From Rhizophagus irregularis (Eukaryota): DNA of 64,000 bases. The position numbers were made by a program, and so were the translations under genes. The stretch's first letter is position 1. Every line of letters starts with the position of its first letter. Location: positions 2,728,001 through 2,792,000 of the forward strand of contig NC_089435.1 of the NCBI RefSeq assembly GCF_026210795.1, given 5' to 3'. The notes beneath the pieces are model-generated. The model had not been told where the DNA came from, made no database searches, and worked only from the letters and a program-made list of their open reading frames with translations. Shown here piece by piece: positions 1 to 12,721 of the stretch.

Positions 1-120
1 AAATAAGAAGGTAATGAGAAATTACACAAAGACAACGATTCTACGGAATAGATCGTGAAAATTATAAACAATCAAAGGGAACAATTCCGGTATGAACGTT
101 ATGTTGCGCCTCCAACAGTC

Positions 121-387
121 ATGACGAAGAAGCAAGCATTGGAAGAGATCGTGTCGCCAAAAGTAAATGAATTGAAGAAGATATTTGAAGAATGTTGAGA
201 AGAAATGGAATGGAAAGCTATGGAAACGAATGTGTATGAAGAGGTGAGTAATAACCGTGAAACTAAATGGCTAAAATCTCTTGATTGGAACTTGAAACTT
301 AAAGAAAAACTCATTAGTTTAGCGGAATCACATGATGTGATACAACAATTTACGACGTTGAATAATGAGTTTACAAAAGGAGAATAG
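121..387 (+). pseudogene. Degraded coding fragment of unknown product, possibly TE-derived; 5' part may lie outside the window
   Basis: Frame MTKKQALEEIVSPKVNELKKIFEEC*EEMEWKAME...FTKGE has one in-frame TGA at 196-198; helical, E/K-rich; no recognisable domain. Confidence 0.3.
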
Positions 388-1663
388 GGAAATCGATGAA
401 AAAAAAATAAATGATAAAAGAGCGACTAAAAGTGTAATGGATAAGCTATATAAAAAGCGATTGGGAGCGGAAGAGCGTAAGTAATTTAGATTAGATTAAC
501 GTAATCCTAGTTGAAGCATGTGTTTCACGTTAAATTTTTCCAACATAAATAAAATAGGTTTAGTAATGTATTAATAGAGTTTTATTTTAGGATTGGTTTA
601 TTTAATATACGAACATACACGATATTTAATGGTACTACAACTTCATCGTATGGGATGAAGGTTTTGGTGTTGAGGGAGGTGTTAGGCTTTAGTTTAATTC
701 CAAACTCGGGATGTACTATTTTATACGTTTGTATGTTCTTTATCATATAAATAATAGAGTATTTCGTTTTACCAGAAAAAAAAAAAAATACTAAATTTAT
801 AATTGCATTGTTTATACTGTATAAAACCAACAAAATGATATTAAAGTTATATTTTACCCAATTAAATTTATGTTTATGATGAATTTTTCTGTTATACAAA
901 AAATTGACAGTCCTGTATCTTAGTGAAATGTACTGCTAAGTTCTATAATTGCCATTGACACAAAATTTATTGATGTACATAAATTTATCCGAAACTATAA
1001 AAAGCTTAATATTTTTATTTTTATTTTTATTTACTAAAAGGAATTCTACGTTTTGAAATAACATAAGTTATAAGTAACAGTGAACAAATAATCCCTTCGT
1101 TCTCAAATAATGATACTACTAACTTTAATAAATGGCGAATAGTTAGCAATAAATCCAGGTGTAACCAATGTACTATCATGTATTATCATATACTTTATCA
1201 ACATTTTCATATTGACAAGACTGACAAAAACCAGATCATTATGACAAAACATAAAGTTTTATGAGTATTTATTTACGATTTTGAATAAATATGACTCAAG
1301 AGAGATAAAAAAATAAGTATCTGAGCAAGATATTTAAAATTTGTATATAAATTTGAGTCTGTTCTTTGTCACATTAACAAGTTCAAGTTATTTGTAATTA
1401 AAATCATATCAAACTTTTGTCAGTCTGATTCATGTACATATTTAGAGATTATATTGATTTGTGTATGTTTAATAAATGACTTAACTTTGGTCAGTCTAAC
1501 TCATTTTTAATATTTCATGTGTTAAATTTTTTTCACTTTGATGTCTCAATGTGTCAGTCCAAGTCATACTACCTACAAAGGATTTTTTTTATTTAAGATC
1601 CCTCACCATATTGATTTTACCAATATTGGTTTTACCTTCTCTAATGGAACATTGGAACTTAAA

Positions 1664-1749
1664 TTGAATAACCTGTTTCTTATATTTCTGTTATATATAT
1701 AGAATTTGAATAACCTGTTTCTTATATTTCTGTTATATATATATAGAAT
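1664..1749. repeat. Tandem duplication, two ~42-bp units
   Basis: ttgaataacctgtttcttatatttctgttatatatatagaat occurs twice in a row; the second copy has one extra TA. Confidence 0.85.
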
Positions 1750-2713
1750 AGTAAATTTAGTCTTGTGAGACTATATATTTTTAACTTATATTAATAACTA
1801 ACAAAATCTTACCTTTCCAACCCTGGGCTAGCCATTTTTTGCATGAATTAAAGAAAAGGTGCGTTTTTTATTTTGCAATGGGTGGGTAACCCCTAAGTTG
1901 ATCATTGGTTTGGCTCTGGGGAATTACTGGATTTGACAACCTTGGTAACCACCCCAAGTTTCTCGGTTCAGGTGCCCTAACTTTGTCATTGATATAAGTC
2001 TGCTAATTCTGGAGGAGGAATTGGCTATGTACCTTCTTTTATCACTAAATAAAATTTTACGCACTACTAATAATTTCTTTCTTATGATAGGTAATCATAG
2101 AACATTTATGTTGCTTCAAACATTAATCTTACTGAAACATTAAAGGGAAAAGTTAAAAAGAGTATATTATTTATATCACCTATTTATTAGAACTTGCAAT
2201 AAAATAAATTCGAATTTTAGAACAAAATAAAGATATCTAATAAAACTCTGGCCAGCATTACATCATAAATTCACTGCTGGTGACCATTCGTAATCTATTT
2301 AAATGTTTAACCAGCCATCTTGAATTAGACTATTTATATTAAAAAGAATAATTTGTTTTTTAAGGTTATATAATAAATTTCCCAGCTTAATAACATATAG
2401 AACTATTCAAATGCTAATTTTTTATAAATGAAACCAAAATGTTCACTATAAAAGATTTTAAATATATTATATCACAATCAGATCTATATATTTTTTCTCA
2501 TCACATGTTTTGCTTTTTATAGAGATAAATTTTGGTACAATATAAATAAAGATGATAAAGATGATATTCATATTGATTGCTAAATGTGATCAAGGTTTAA
2601 GGTGCCAACAGAGTTAGACAGATTATTTCTTTTTGCAAAAATTTTTAATAATAGTTTATATACTAATAATAAATCATAAACATAAAACAAAAGAATGTCC
2701 CATAACTCCCATT

Positions 2714-2958
2714 TAAGGTTGCTGGAGAAACTAGGGGGTTTTGGCAAGTTGGCGAAATGCTGAAATGGCGAAACTTTGCCGAAACTATATGAAAGTCTTA
2801 TTAAAAAGTTGGCGAAACTCTGGAGAAAAGCGAAACCTGACGAAACCTATTATAAATGCCAAAACTGCCGAAACCTTGCCGAAACTATAATAAAACTATA
2901 GTAAAATTTTGGAAAAACTAATCGTAGAATTTTGGAAAGGTTTAGGCAGGCAACCTTA
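2714..2958. mobile_element. hAT-like MITE (245 bp)
   Basis: TIR TAAGGTTGC / GCAACCTTA; 8-bp TSD ctcccatt (2706-2713) vs gtcccatt (2959-2966), 1 mismatch; many internal (G/C)CGAAAC repeats. Confidence 0.8.
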
Positions 2959-3242
2959 GTCCCATTTATCGCGTCTATGGCATCATTATACACAATGATA
3001 ACTGGTTTTGATTACTTATAAATAGCTAGGCTTTCCTTCATGGCCTCATTTTCCTTGTTTAGAGGAGCAACATTTTGACACATCAACTACCCTTCTTATT
3101 TGGTAGTTTTTTAAACTAAATGCTAAATGAATCTGACTTAATAATCAATATAGATGGTCATGATATGGAATAGTTGATCGACATACTGTATTCACAGTAA
3201 CAAAAAATCACATTATCATCATATCTACTGTGTACAGTTGTT

Positions 3243-4626
3243 AACTCAACTGAAAGCAAGAAATAATAAAGAAGTTATAGAATGGATGCCTTACAATAGA
3301 TTTAGAAATATTAAATATCTTTCAAAGGTGGATTTAGTACTTTCTATGAAGCTATATTGTTAGATGGGCCTATACAATGGTGGGATAATAAAACCCAAAC
3401 ATGGATAAGGTATTCCGGAATCTTTTTGTATAGTAATGACTATGAAATTGCAAAAGAAAAAGATGTTAAATCACCACTTAACTATAATAAAGATAAGAAT
3501 CATGGAGCTCGTATTGTATTGAAGAGCTTGAATAATTCATCAAGTATCAATGATGATTTCTTAAACGAAGTAAGTTATTCTTTTAAAAAAAGTACATAAT
3601 GTTATTGTTTAATTTTTAGTTAAAAAATTATCTACAATGTGTGTCACATTCAAGTTATGGGATTAATTCAGCCGTATGGATATATGGAATAACGCAAGAT
3701 CCAGAAACATCAAATTATATGATGGTAATGAATTAATGGAAAAAGGAAATCTAAGATCTAATTTAAGAACAAGTTATGATCCATTTGGAAGTTATCATAG
3801 TTTAGAGTGTATTGCAAAAGCACTTTTAATTTTACACAAGTGTAATTTAGTTCATGGTGATTTTCATAGTGGAAATGTACTCTAGATGGCTCTAATTACT
3901 ATTATGATGTTATAAGCGATTTTGGATTAAGTAGACCAGTAAATAAAACTGCTAATACAAATGAAATTTATGGAGTAATTCCTTATATGGCTCCAGAAGT
4001 ATTGCGTGGGAAGCCATATACAAAAGCTGCTGATATTTATTCTTTTGGAATTATTATGTGGGAATTTACATCTGCTTTCAACAATAGACCTCACGATTTT
4101 GACCTTTCCTTAGATATTTGTAAAGGATTGAGACCGAAAATCGTTGAAGACACATTACCTGTATATGCAAGATTAATGAAGAGGTGTTGGGATTCTGATC
4201 CTAATAAAACTGATGAATTAGTAGAAATCCTTTCTATTTGGATCTAAAACATGGTCTAAAAATTAAAATATCTATTTTTAGTAAGTCAAAAAAAATTTTA
4301 ATATCTTTAATTCATTTATTTTTTATTTAATTGTAAAAAAGTATTATCTAATTTTATTTATTTAAACTTTTTAGGTAACGAACCTATTACTAAAAATCAT
4401 CCATACATTATCTTGTTATACAAGCAGAAAAATCGATTATTCCGCGAAGCTAAATGAAATATTAACACAGGAAGAATTAAGCACTAAAATTGTAGTATAC
4501 GAAGAAAGAGAATCAAAATTATTAAGTGAAAGTTTAGGTATGTAAAATAAATTTTTATTATTATTTATCATTAATTTTTTTTTTAATTTTTTTTTCGATT
4601 TAGAAAACTGTATTATTCCTGATTAA
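3243..4626 (+). pseudogene. TKL-family protein kinase pseudogene, 5'-truncated paralog of the genes at 27369 and 30245
   Basis: Motifs EVIEWMPY, LKSL, HGDFHSGNV, DFG, MAPE, DIYSFG; same three intron positions as the intact paralogs; frameshifts (ctttcaaagg vs ctttctaaagg; gtactctag vs gtacttcta) and small deletions. Confidence 0.9.
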
Positions 4627-7620
4627 AAATGGGTAAGTTATAATTTTACGTAATTTGTATATATTTTATTTTGAATTTTTTATTAAATAATATTTTTTTT
4701 TTTATAGACCCTGTATAAGATAAGACATAAAATTCGGATAATTTGAAAATTCTTTACTTCGAAAATTTTATTTTTTGACGTCACATTTTCATGTCGTATT
4801 CTATAAAACTTATTTATACGTAACGATACGTTTTTTTTTTTGAATAAAATTTTAAAAAGAAAAAAATAATAATAATAATTTTCTTATTATACTTATGTGT
4901 TATTACATAGCTGGAACTTGTGAAGATTTTGACATTATGATGTAGTTTAGAATCAAGTTTTATACTTTGTTTTCATATTAAATAAAATAAATATTATTTC
5001 TTGTAATGATGATAACATTATGTAATAGCTTCAATCAAATACTTTAATTCTTTAATAGAAAGGCACTATAAGAAATTATAAAAATAAGGTTATATAAATT
5101 TTATTAAAATTATACATACTATTAGCATTTTTTAAATGTTGCATTGCTAGTATGATAATAATATATATTTCAGCCTTTAAAAGATCTTTCATACTTTAAG
5201 TAACACTAAATTTAATTAATTTAATATTCTGTGGCTATTGTGTGTTTCATCTTTTAAATTAGACATAAAATTATGATGCATAATTATCAGTCGTAAGCTT
5301 CATAAATGAATATTATATAGTATAATGAAAAAAAAAAGTCCTTTTTAAGTGATTCCAGTCGAGAAAAAAAAATACTTGTTTAATCAAATATAATTGTAAT
5401 CACTTATAATTGATTAAATTGTACATGTAAAATGATTCTTAACCAGAAAACAATACTATAACTTTTTTAATAACCCATTCTTTATTGTTGTAGTCAAACA
5501 ATGTATTGAAACATTGTATTTACTGATTACTTTAAGAAAATCTCGCCCTCTCGAGTTATCAAGGAATTTAAATAGAATGCTGGTTTTATTATTAGAATGG
5601 ACATGCAATAATTAATTTATTATCTAAAGTTGATACTATTGCTAATATTGGAAAATTATATATATAAGATCTTAACTGTCTAACTTTATCACAATTTGCA
5701 CTATATCAGAAACTAGATGACTAAAGCTAATAGAACTTTCTGTAATTCAGAAACTCATTCATTATATCAAATGTTATGTTAAAAAATTGCATATGGCAAT
5801 GATTGAGATTTTGATTAAATCCCATTTGAATTTATAAATGATACGAGATCTATCTGCTATATATTACTAGGAAAAAAGGAGTGGACCAAAAAAAAAGAAG
5901 ACTGAGAAGTCAAAAAAAAAGAGAGAAGTCCTAACCGAAAAAAAAGAGAAACCCGATGTATGGAAAAGGATAAAAAAATTTAGATTAATCTACTGAAAAA
6001 TAATTGGTGTTTGTTATTATATATATATATATATATGGATAGACTAGACCATATTTCAGATTACAAAGCTTTTACAAACTTTTATAATTAATAGGGTTCC
6101 TATTGTATTGAATTTGCTGAGTAATCATTATTGGGTTTCCCAGGTTATTTGAGAATAAACTAAAATATGTATGGAATCAATATCAGAGATAAATAATTTA
6201 CTGTGAAAGTTTTTCTTATTTTCACTATTTTTTTTTTTAAAAAAAAAAGAATAATATGTAAAAGAAAATAAATCATTTACTATAAAAGTTTATAGCTAAA
6301 TTAAGATTATAAATGATAAACTAAAAACTAATTTCTTTCTTATCATTATTAAATATATAGAGTTGGAGATGATCACAATAAAGATCATGCCAATCTAATA
6401 AATTGTTAAGTGATCCAACAAAAAATGCTTTCAAAAAGCATGGACCTAACTTCTCCGATGTGCAAAAAAAATATTTTTTTGAAACACAAGATTTTATTGA
6501 CATATTAAATAGTTTTATAATAGTAGAGATTATTTAATTTTATTTGAATGCAAGCTTTTTAAATTAATTTAGAGTTGAATTATCTTTTCTTTTAAAAAAA
6601 CTATCAATATATAAGTAGCATAAGTATATTTTGAATCTATTTTTTAGAATAATTTAAAAATGCAATTATGTACCACAAATATGTAATGATATATTTATTA
6701 ATTGAATTTGATATTAACAGGAATTATTACCATAATATTATTTTATTAAATCAACAAGTATATCTAACTAATATCTAATAACATGCAATACAATGTCTAA
6801 GTTTGCAGATTATATTAACCTCTTATTTTATATACATATATGATTTTTTGTTCCTAGTATGTGGTAATAAAAGTTTACTAGATGTGCACGTGCGCGGAAG
6901 ATCTTTTCAACCTGATGTAAATTCTTTTATATTTACATGAAATTTTTGGGTTTATTGTTCTTAAAAAAAGGTGTTTGACTAATAGTTATCTCTTTTTTAA
7001 TAAATTTATAACACTGTATATATTATATTTATTTGGAATTTCTTTGATCACATATTTAAAAGGTTTCTGCATATTATTCACACTTTTATCTAGTTTTCTA
7101 TTTATTATCTATATTAAATATATATTTAAGTAAATGCTAGATACTTCAATTCAATAAATATTAATAAATATTACTTTTAAACTATTAATAAATAATTTAA
7201 ATAATTATTATAATAGTGTACACAATATTTATCCCTGATTCGGCTTTAAATTCTTTATAAAATATAATTAAAGAATTGACAAATGTGAATGAAATAATGA
7301 TGAAATAATGATGTAAAAAAAGCAAATAAAAGCTAAATGAGAAGGAAAAGATATAAACGAAAATTAGGGGAAAATGTAAAAATATGACTCATATTAACTG
7401 AATGCTGACAAAGCTGCGTGTGATTGCAAATCTGTCGCAATCTCAGGAGCATTTCAAGAAATGTTGTTACACAGTTATATTTTAAATTGCCGTCTCCCGA
7501 TTAAATATATTAAAACAAGTTAATATTTCATATGTTAAAATAATCTTTTAATTGTTTAATTGCTATCATTATAGATATACTGAATAAGTGCCATCAAGTT
7601 TACGATATCTAGGATGAAGG

Positions 7621-7700
7621 GCGCTCTCGGTGGTGATAGGGTGATCGAGCCTGCGCTCTCGATGGTGATAGGGTGATCGAGGCGCTCTCAGTGGTGGTAG
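7621..7700. repeat. GC-rich minisatellite, about 2.6 x ~31 bp
   Basis: gcgctctc(g/a)(g/a)tggtgatagggtgatcgag repeated within otherwise very AT-rich DNA. Confidence 0.75.
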
Positions 7701-9884
7701 CTATATTGGATTCAGATTATGTAATGCAATCACTTAATAATATTATTTATATTAATTAATGTGCTATAGTAATGTAATATTAATTTTTATGCATTTTGCA
7801 TTATTTTTTTTTTGTTAAGTTTGCTATTTTAAGTTTTTATAGTTTATAGGTAAGATATGTATGTTATTAAAGCTTACTTTGCCAATTCAATACCATTGCT
7901 GGTAATAATATGCAATTGTTCTATTATTTTTGTTATAAATTATAATGTGTCATTTTAAGTGTAATTGTAAAAGTAAAAAACTTATAGAATAATATTTTAT
8001 TAACCTTATAAAATGATTAATAAAATCATTTATAAATATTATGGGAAAATATTTTTTGGTTTGAAAGAGCATTTATGACAAAATTAATTTTATATATTAT
8101 AAGAAAATCATATAACTATCAGGAATAATATTAATTATTTATCTAATAGATTATGTGATCTTACTTATACGTAATTAATTATGTAATAGGAAATGGGAAT
8201 ATCCTAATTTATTTTATTATATAATATTTTAATGTGTGACACTTATTTCGGCATTATTTGCCAGATATCTTTACAATATATTTTATATATTTTCATATTT
8301 TTGTATGGTAGTACTTCTAAACAGTTGCAAATATTTACTGTAAATAAATAAAAATATAGAGTTAAATGCATAATATATTCTAAATATTTATCTTTTCATG
8401 TGAGAAGTATCTCTAGAGATGTATAACTTCTCCAAAATCTTTTTCTGTCTATAATAATATGCTATGTAAATGAATAACTAAATACTATAGTAAAAAATTT
8501 TCAATTTTTCAACTATGTTTTAGCCATAAAAACCACTTGAAATTCAATTTTCAATATAAATATATAAATAGTCTTTTTTTTAATGATTTTAAGGATATAA
8601 ATAACAGAGTAAAAATAATTTATTATATATCGTCAAATTTCTTGCGTCTCCTTTGTATAAGATGTTATTTAAAAAGTTTAGTTATAGTACATTAAGAATC
8701 TTAAGAGTAACTAACTATCATGATTTAGTGTATTTCTATAATCTAAAAAAAAATTATAATTATACAATAAATTTCAGTGGTATTATATATTCATTTCTTC
8801 GCGTTCTCTACACCCAAATGAATTCTTTTAAAAAAATAATAATTTATTGTGCCTACTTATAAATACGTAAAACACATTATATGATAAATTAAGAAATTAA
8901 TCATATCTATAAATTCAACTATTATAATCTATTTATAAATAAATTAAATGATTATTACTTTCCATTATTTGATATTAATAAGAACACATCTGATTTGATC
9001 CGATAAATCATTGGATAATACATCATCAAATCATTTAAACAATTGATATTATAATAATATCTGAAATTGTACAAGTTTATATTCATTACCTAATTTAAGA
9101 ACAAATAAGGGGGAAAAAATTTTAAAAATAGCTTTAAAATTTCTCGTCTGCGTTATAAGTATTTTTGTTTTTAATAAGCAATTATAGAATTCCATTTTCA
9201 TGATAACAATTTATTTAATCAATAAAAGGAATATTTATTACATAAATTTGGATATTAACTATTTATTTCATTATATGGCTGTGAATGGAATCAGCGTAAC
9301 TAAATATATATCTTAAATCTTGAACCCCTTTTTAAACCATAAGAATTTCATGCAAAGTATCAGCCCAAAATTATCAAATTCTCTCTAATTAGTGCTGAAT
9401 ATAATATCGTGATTGAAAACCGGATAAATAAATCTTTTGGATCCCGAAGTTTAGATCTGCAAAAATGATCATAGTTTAAAATAAGGAAAGATCAACCTTA
9501 TGCATAATTACCTAAGAATTTTCGTCTTGATTACGCCTTTATGGCTGTAAAAAAAAACGCCCGTTTTTTCATATTTTCATGTATTTTGGGAATAAAAATA
9601 TAATAATTATTATGAAAATTTCTAATTTGATTAATAAAATTTGTAAGGTTTATAAGGATTATCATTTGCTATATAAATATTACTATTAAATTTCCTTTCT
9701 TGTAAACAAAACGATGTTGAGTAACGGTTTAACAAACTTTAAATGGTAATTTGTTCATTAATAGTATAACGTTGTCATTATTTTAAGTATTGTTCAACTT
9801 ATTCACAACAACTTTTCTTTCTTTCCTTTTTTTTTATTATTATCATTTTAAATAACGTGCGTATATATATATATATATATTATA

Positions 9885-11741
9885 ATGAATATATGCAACG
9901 TATGTCAGAATCCTTCTACAACCAGATGTTCAAAATGTCGTCAAATATATTATTGCTCTAGGGAATGTCAAAAAAAAGATTGGAAGGTGCACAAAAAGTT
10001 ATGTGGAAAAAATGAAGTTCCTATGCCGAGTTTCCCTTCCGGTTCATCCTTACCATCATCATTACCTCAAATGACAGAATTTTTAACTGACATGATGTTC
10101 AAAATAGATAAAAATAATCCTTTGGAAAATTGGAATGTACCTGATTTTGGAAAAGAATATGCTACGAAATATCCTCATGAAAATGTTCAGATTGAATTTC
10201 TTAACTCTGCCAAATCATCACTAAAGTCTCTTCAAATTGTTGAAAGATTTTTAGATAGTGATCTTGATGAACCTGATCCTAATCACCTTATGAAAAGATG
10301 GAATGAATTTTCAAAAGAACTTATTAATTTTCTCTCAGCTCCAAGAAAATTTGGTGATATTTTCACCGGAAAAACAAAGAACCCATATGTTGGAGATAAA
10401 GGCAGGGGTGCTCTAAGTTTTAGTAATACGCCAAAACAAAGCTTACTACTTGATCAAGGTAAAACTCACGTTGCTATTGGATTTGTAGATTTGGATTTAC
10501 TTTTGAGAGCTAGAATTGTACAAAATAAAAATTCTGTGGAGCAACCAAATAAATTCATTGGTTACGAAGGATCCGTTTATGCTGTAGCAAAATCAAATGT
10601 TATAAAAGAAATGATGACGAAAAAGGCACCAATTCAGTCAATCATAGAATTTTGGACTTCTAGTGTATGGACAAGAGAAACTTTAAAACACTTTGAGAAT
10701 GCTGTTAAAATTGTATTACAATATGGAAATGCTCCAAATAATAAACCTCCTAATCCCACAAAAAAGGAACTTCATCCAAAAGTTAGATCATTAATTTCTC
10801 ATTGGAATGAATCTGTTAGAAACCCAAAATCTCGACAAGAAGCGCATGAACTCTGGGTAAAAACTTTTAATTCGGAAAGTGGTATTTTTTCCGTTGTTGC
10901 TAATCTTATTGAATCAAGAGATCGTGTGCAAGTTGCAAGACATATCCTTACTGGAGAATTTCCGCTCATGGACGATCAACAAAAGAATAATTTAATTGCA
11001 AGCATTACAATGTTTAATTGTAATGACGGAATTTCTCCACATTCAACAAGTGAATTTATGTCTCAAATGATGCCAATGGACGCTATTTTGCTCAAAAACA
11101 AACGTAAAGAAACATCCTTCTTGAATGCAATTTACGATTTCTTTGAGAACTCGATCACAAAAATTTGTACTTGGTTATCACCACCTGCAGAAAATTCTGT
11201 ATCAATAGAAATTTACCTACATTATCAAACAGTTACTAATGATAATGCCGAGCTATTGGCCTCAATTCGACAATTGGATCCATGGACAATGTCTTGGAGC
11301 AATATTTGTGATTACTTTTACGCGCATGATTTTCACAAGTTGCTTCGAGCATGTTCAGGTAATGATACGGTTCATGTGATGACTTCAATGAATTGGATCA
11401 CGGAAGTCTTTGGTGCACATATTATGGAATATGAAAGCAAATATCGTCGAGAAATTTATGAAAGTGCACAGAAAACTATTTCAATGACTGGAAAGTTTAT
11501 AGACCCATCAGGATATTTCCGATATGACAAGGTTATCACAAATCCATATAATATCGGGGATGTAGGTGCGGCATCGATGGTGAAAGAAAGTTGGAAAAAT
11601 TACTTTTTTGAAGGACAAGATTTGAACGTTGGTGAAGTTTCATCCCTAGCATATACTCAGACACATAAGACGCATACGCTCTTAAATATTTGTTATACAT
11701 TTAATAAGGATATTAATGTTTATACTGAAATTACTTGTTAA
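9885..11741 (+). CDS. MYND-type zinc-finger protein with a large uncharacterised C-terminal domain (618 aa, intronless)
   Basis: N-terminal CNVC-x7-CSKC-x5-CSREC-QKKDWKVHKKLC is a canonical zf-MYND; uninterrupted 1857-bp ORF with ATG start. Confidence 0.92.
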   Translation: MNICNVCQNPSTTRCSKCRQIYYCSRECQKKDWKVHKKLCGKNEVPMPSFPSGSSLPSSLPQMTEFLTDMMFKIDKNNPLENWNVPDFGKEYATKYPHENVQIEFLNSAKSSLKSLQIVERFLDSDLDEPDPNHLMKRWNEFSKELINFLSAPRKFGDIFTGKTKNPYVGDKGRGALSFSNTPKQSLLLDQGKTHVAIGFVDLDLLLRARIVQNKNSVEQPNKFIGYEGSVYAVAKSNVIKEMMTKKAPIQSIIEFWTSSVWTRETLKHFENAVKIVLQYGNAPNNKPPNPTKKELHPKVRSLISHWNESVRNPKSRQEAHELWVKTFNSESGIFSVVANLIESRDRVQVARHILTGEFPLMDDQQKNNLIASITMFNCNDGISPHSTSEFMSQMMPMDAILLKNKRKETSFLNAIYDFFENSITKICTWLSPPAENSVSIEIYLHYQTVTNDNAELLASIRQLDPWTMSWSNICDYFYAHDFHKLLRACSGNDTVHVMTSMNWITEVFGAHIMEYESKYRREIYESAQKTISMTGKFIDPSGYFRYDKVITNPYNIGDVGAASMVKESWKNYFFEGQDLNVGEVSSLAYTQTHKTHTLLNICYTFNKDINVYTEITC

Positions 11742-12412
11742 TTAATTTCTATAGATACTCAACTTCTTGTATTAACTTATATATAAATTGAGTTATAAAT
11801 TATTAAACCAGAAATCCAGAATGTTTCTAATTCAGTTATTTCATGATTTTCCGAACATAAAACTTGCTCGTTAGTAGCTGCAAGTACCACCTTATAATTA
11901 TAGTCTTGGTGTTTTATATTTTAAAGGGAAGTAATAGCAAAAAATGTGAAATCCAATTTATTTATATATTGTATCTATTTAAAGTTTTACATAGAAAATT
12001 ATTTACGATGAATCTTATATATTTTTAGTCCGTTGGAATTTACTTTTTGTCATGAAATTCTTGTATGATCAAAATGGTTTAGTAATAAAGATATTAGAAC
12101 TGAGCTTTGAGTGCGTTTGTTAAAGTGTGTATGTTGTTCAATTGCTTTACTAGTTTCTTTATCATAAATTTATTAAAGTTCTGTCATAACGATGATAATA
12201 CAAACTTTAAGAAAATAAATAATGAAATTTAAGCGTTCAAGTCGATCAATTAAACAAATTCAATTTTGCTCAATAGATTTAGTTGTATTGAGGCTGAGCT
12301 ATTATGCAAATCTTAACATTCTAATCATGAAAATCGTAATTTCATATTGCTTCATCGCTATTTTTTTTTTATTTATATACAGTATATAATGTACTTGCAT
12401 ATTAGATTATTA

Positions 12413-12721
12413 GGCCACACAAATTCAATTCTTCGGTTCACGTAACATTGAAATTTAAAATTGACCCGGGGACCCGGGGTTTATTGTTTATTAATAAAAA
12501 AAAGTTTATATATAAAATCGTGACATCTGATTGGTTTACTTTTAAAGAGGAGGGTAATTAAAGAATTTATTTTCGTTACAGAAGTTCTCAGCCACGTGAT
12601 AAACAATAAATCACGTATTAATCACGTGATAATTTTTTTTTATGTGTAAACTTTTTTTTTTGAAATTTGAAAAAGTGACCCGGCCGGGTGAAGTGAACCG
12701 AAAAATCGAATTTGTGTGGCC
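12413..12721. mobile_element. PIF/Harbinger (Tourist-like) MITE (309 bp)
   Basis: 29-bp TIR GGCCACACAAATTC(a/g)ATT(c/t)TTCGGTTCAC with 2 mismatches; TTA on both flanks (12410-12412, 12722-12724). Confidence 0.85.
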
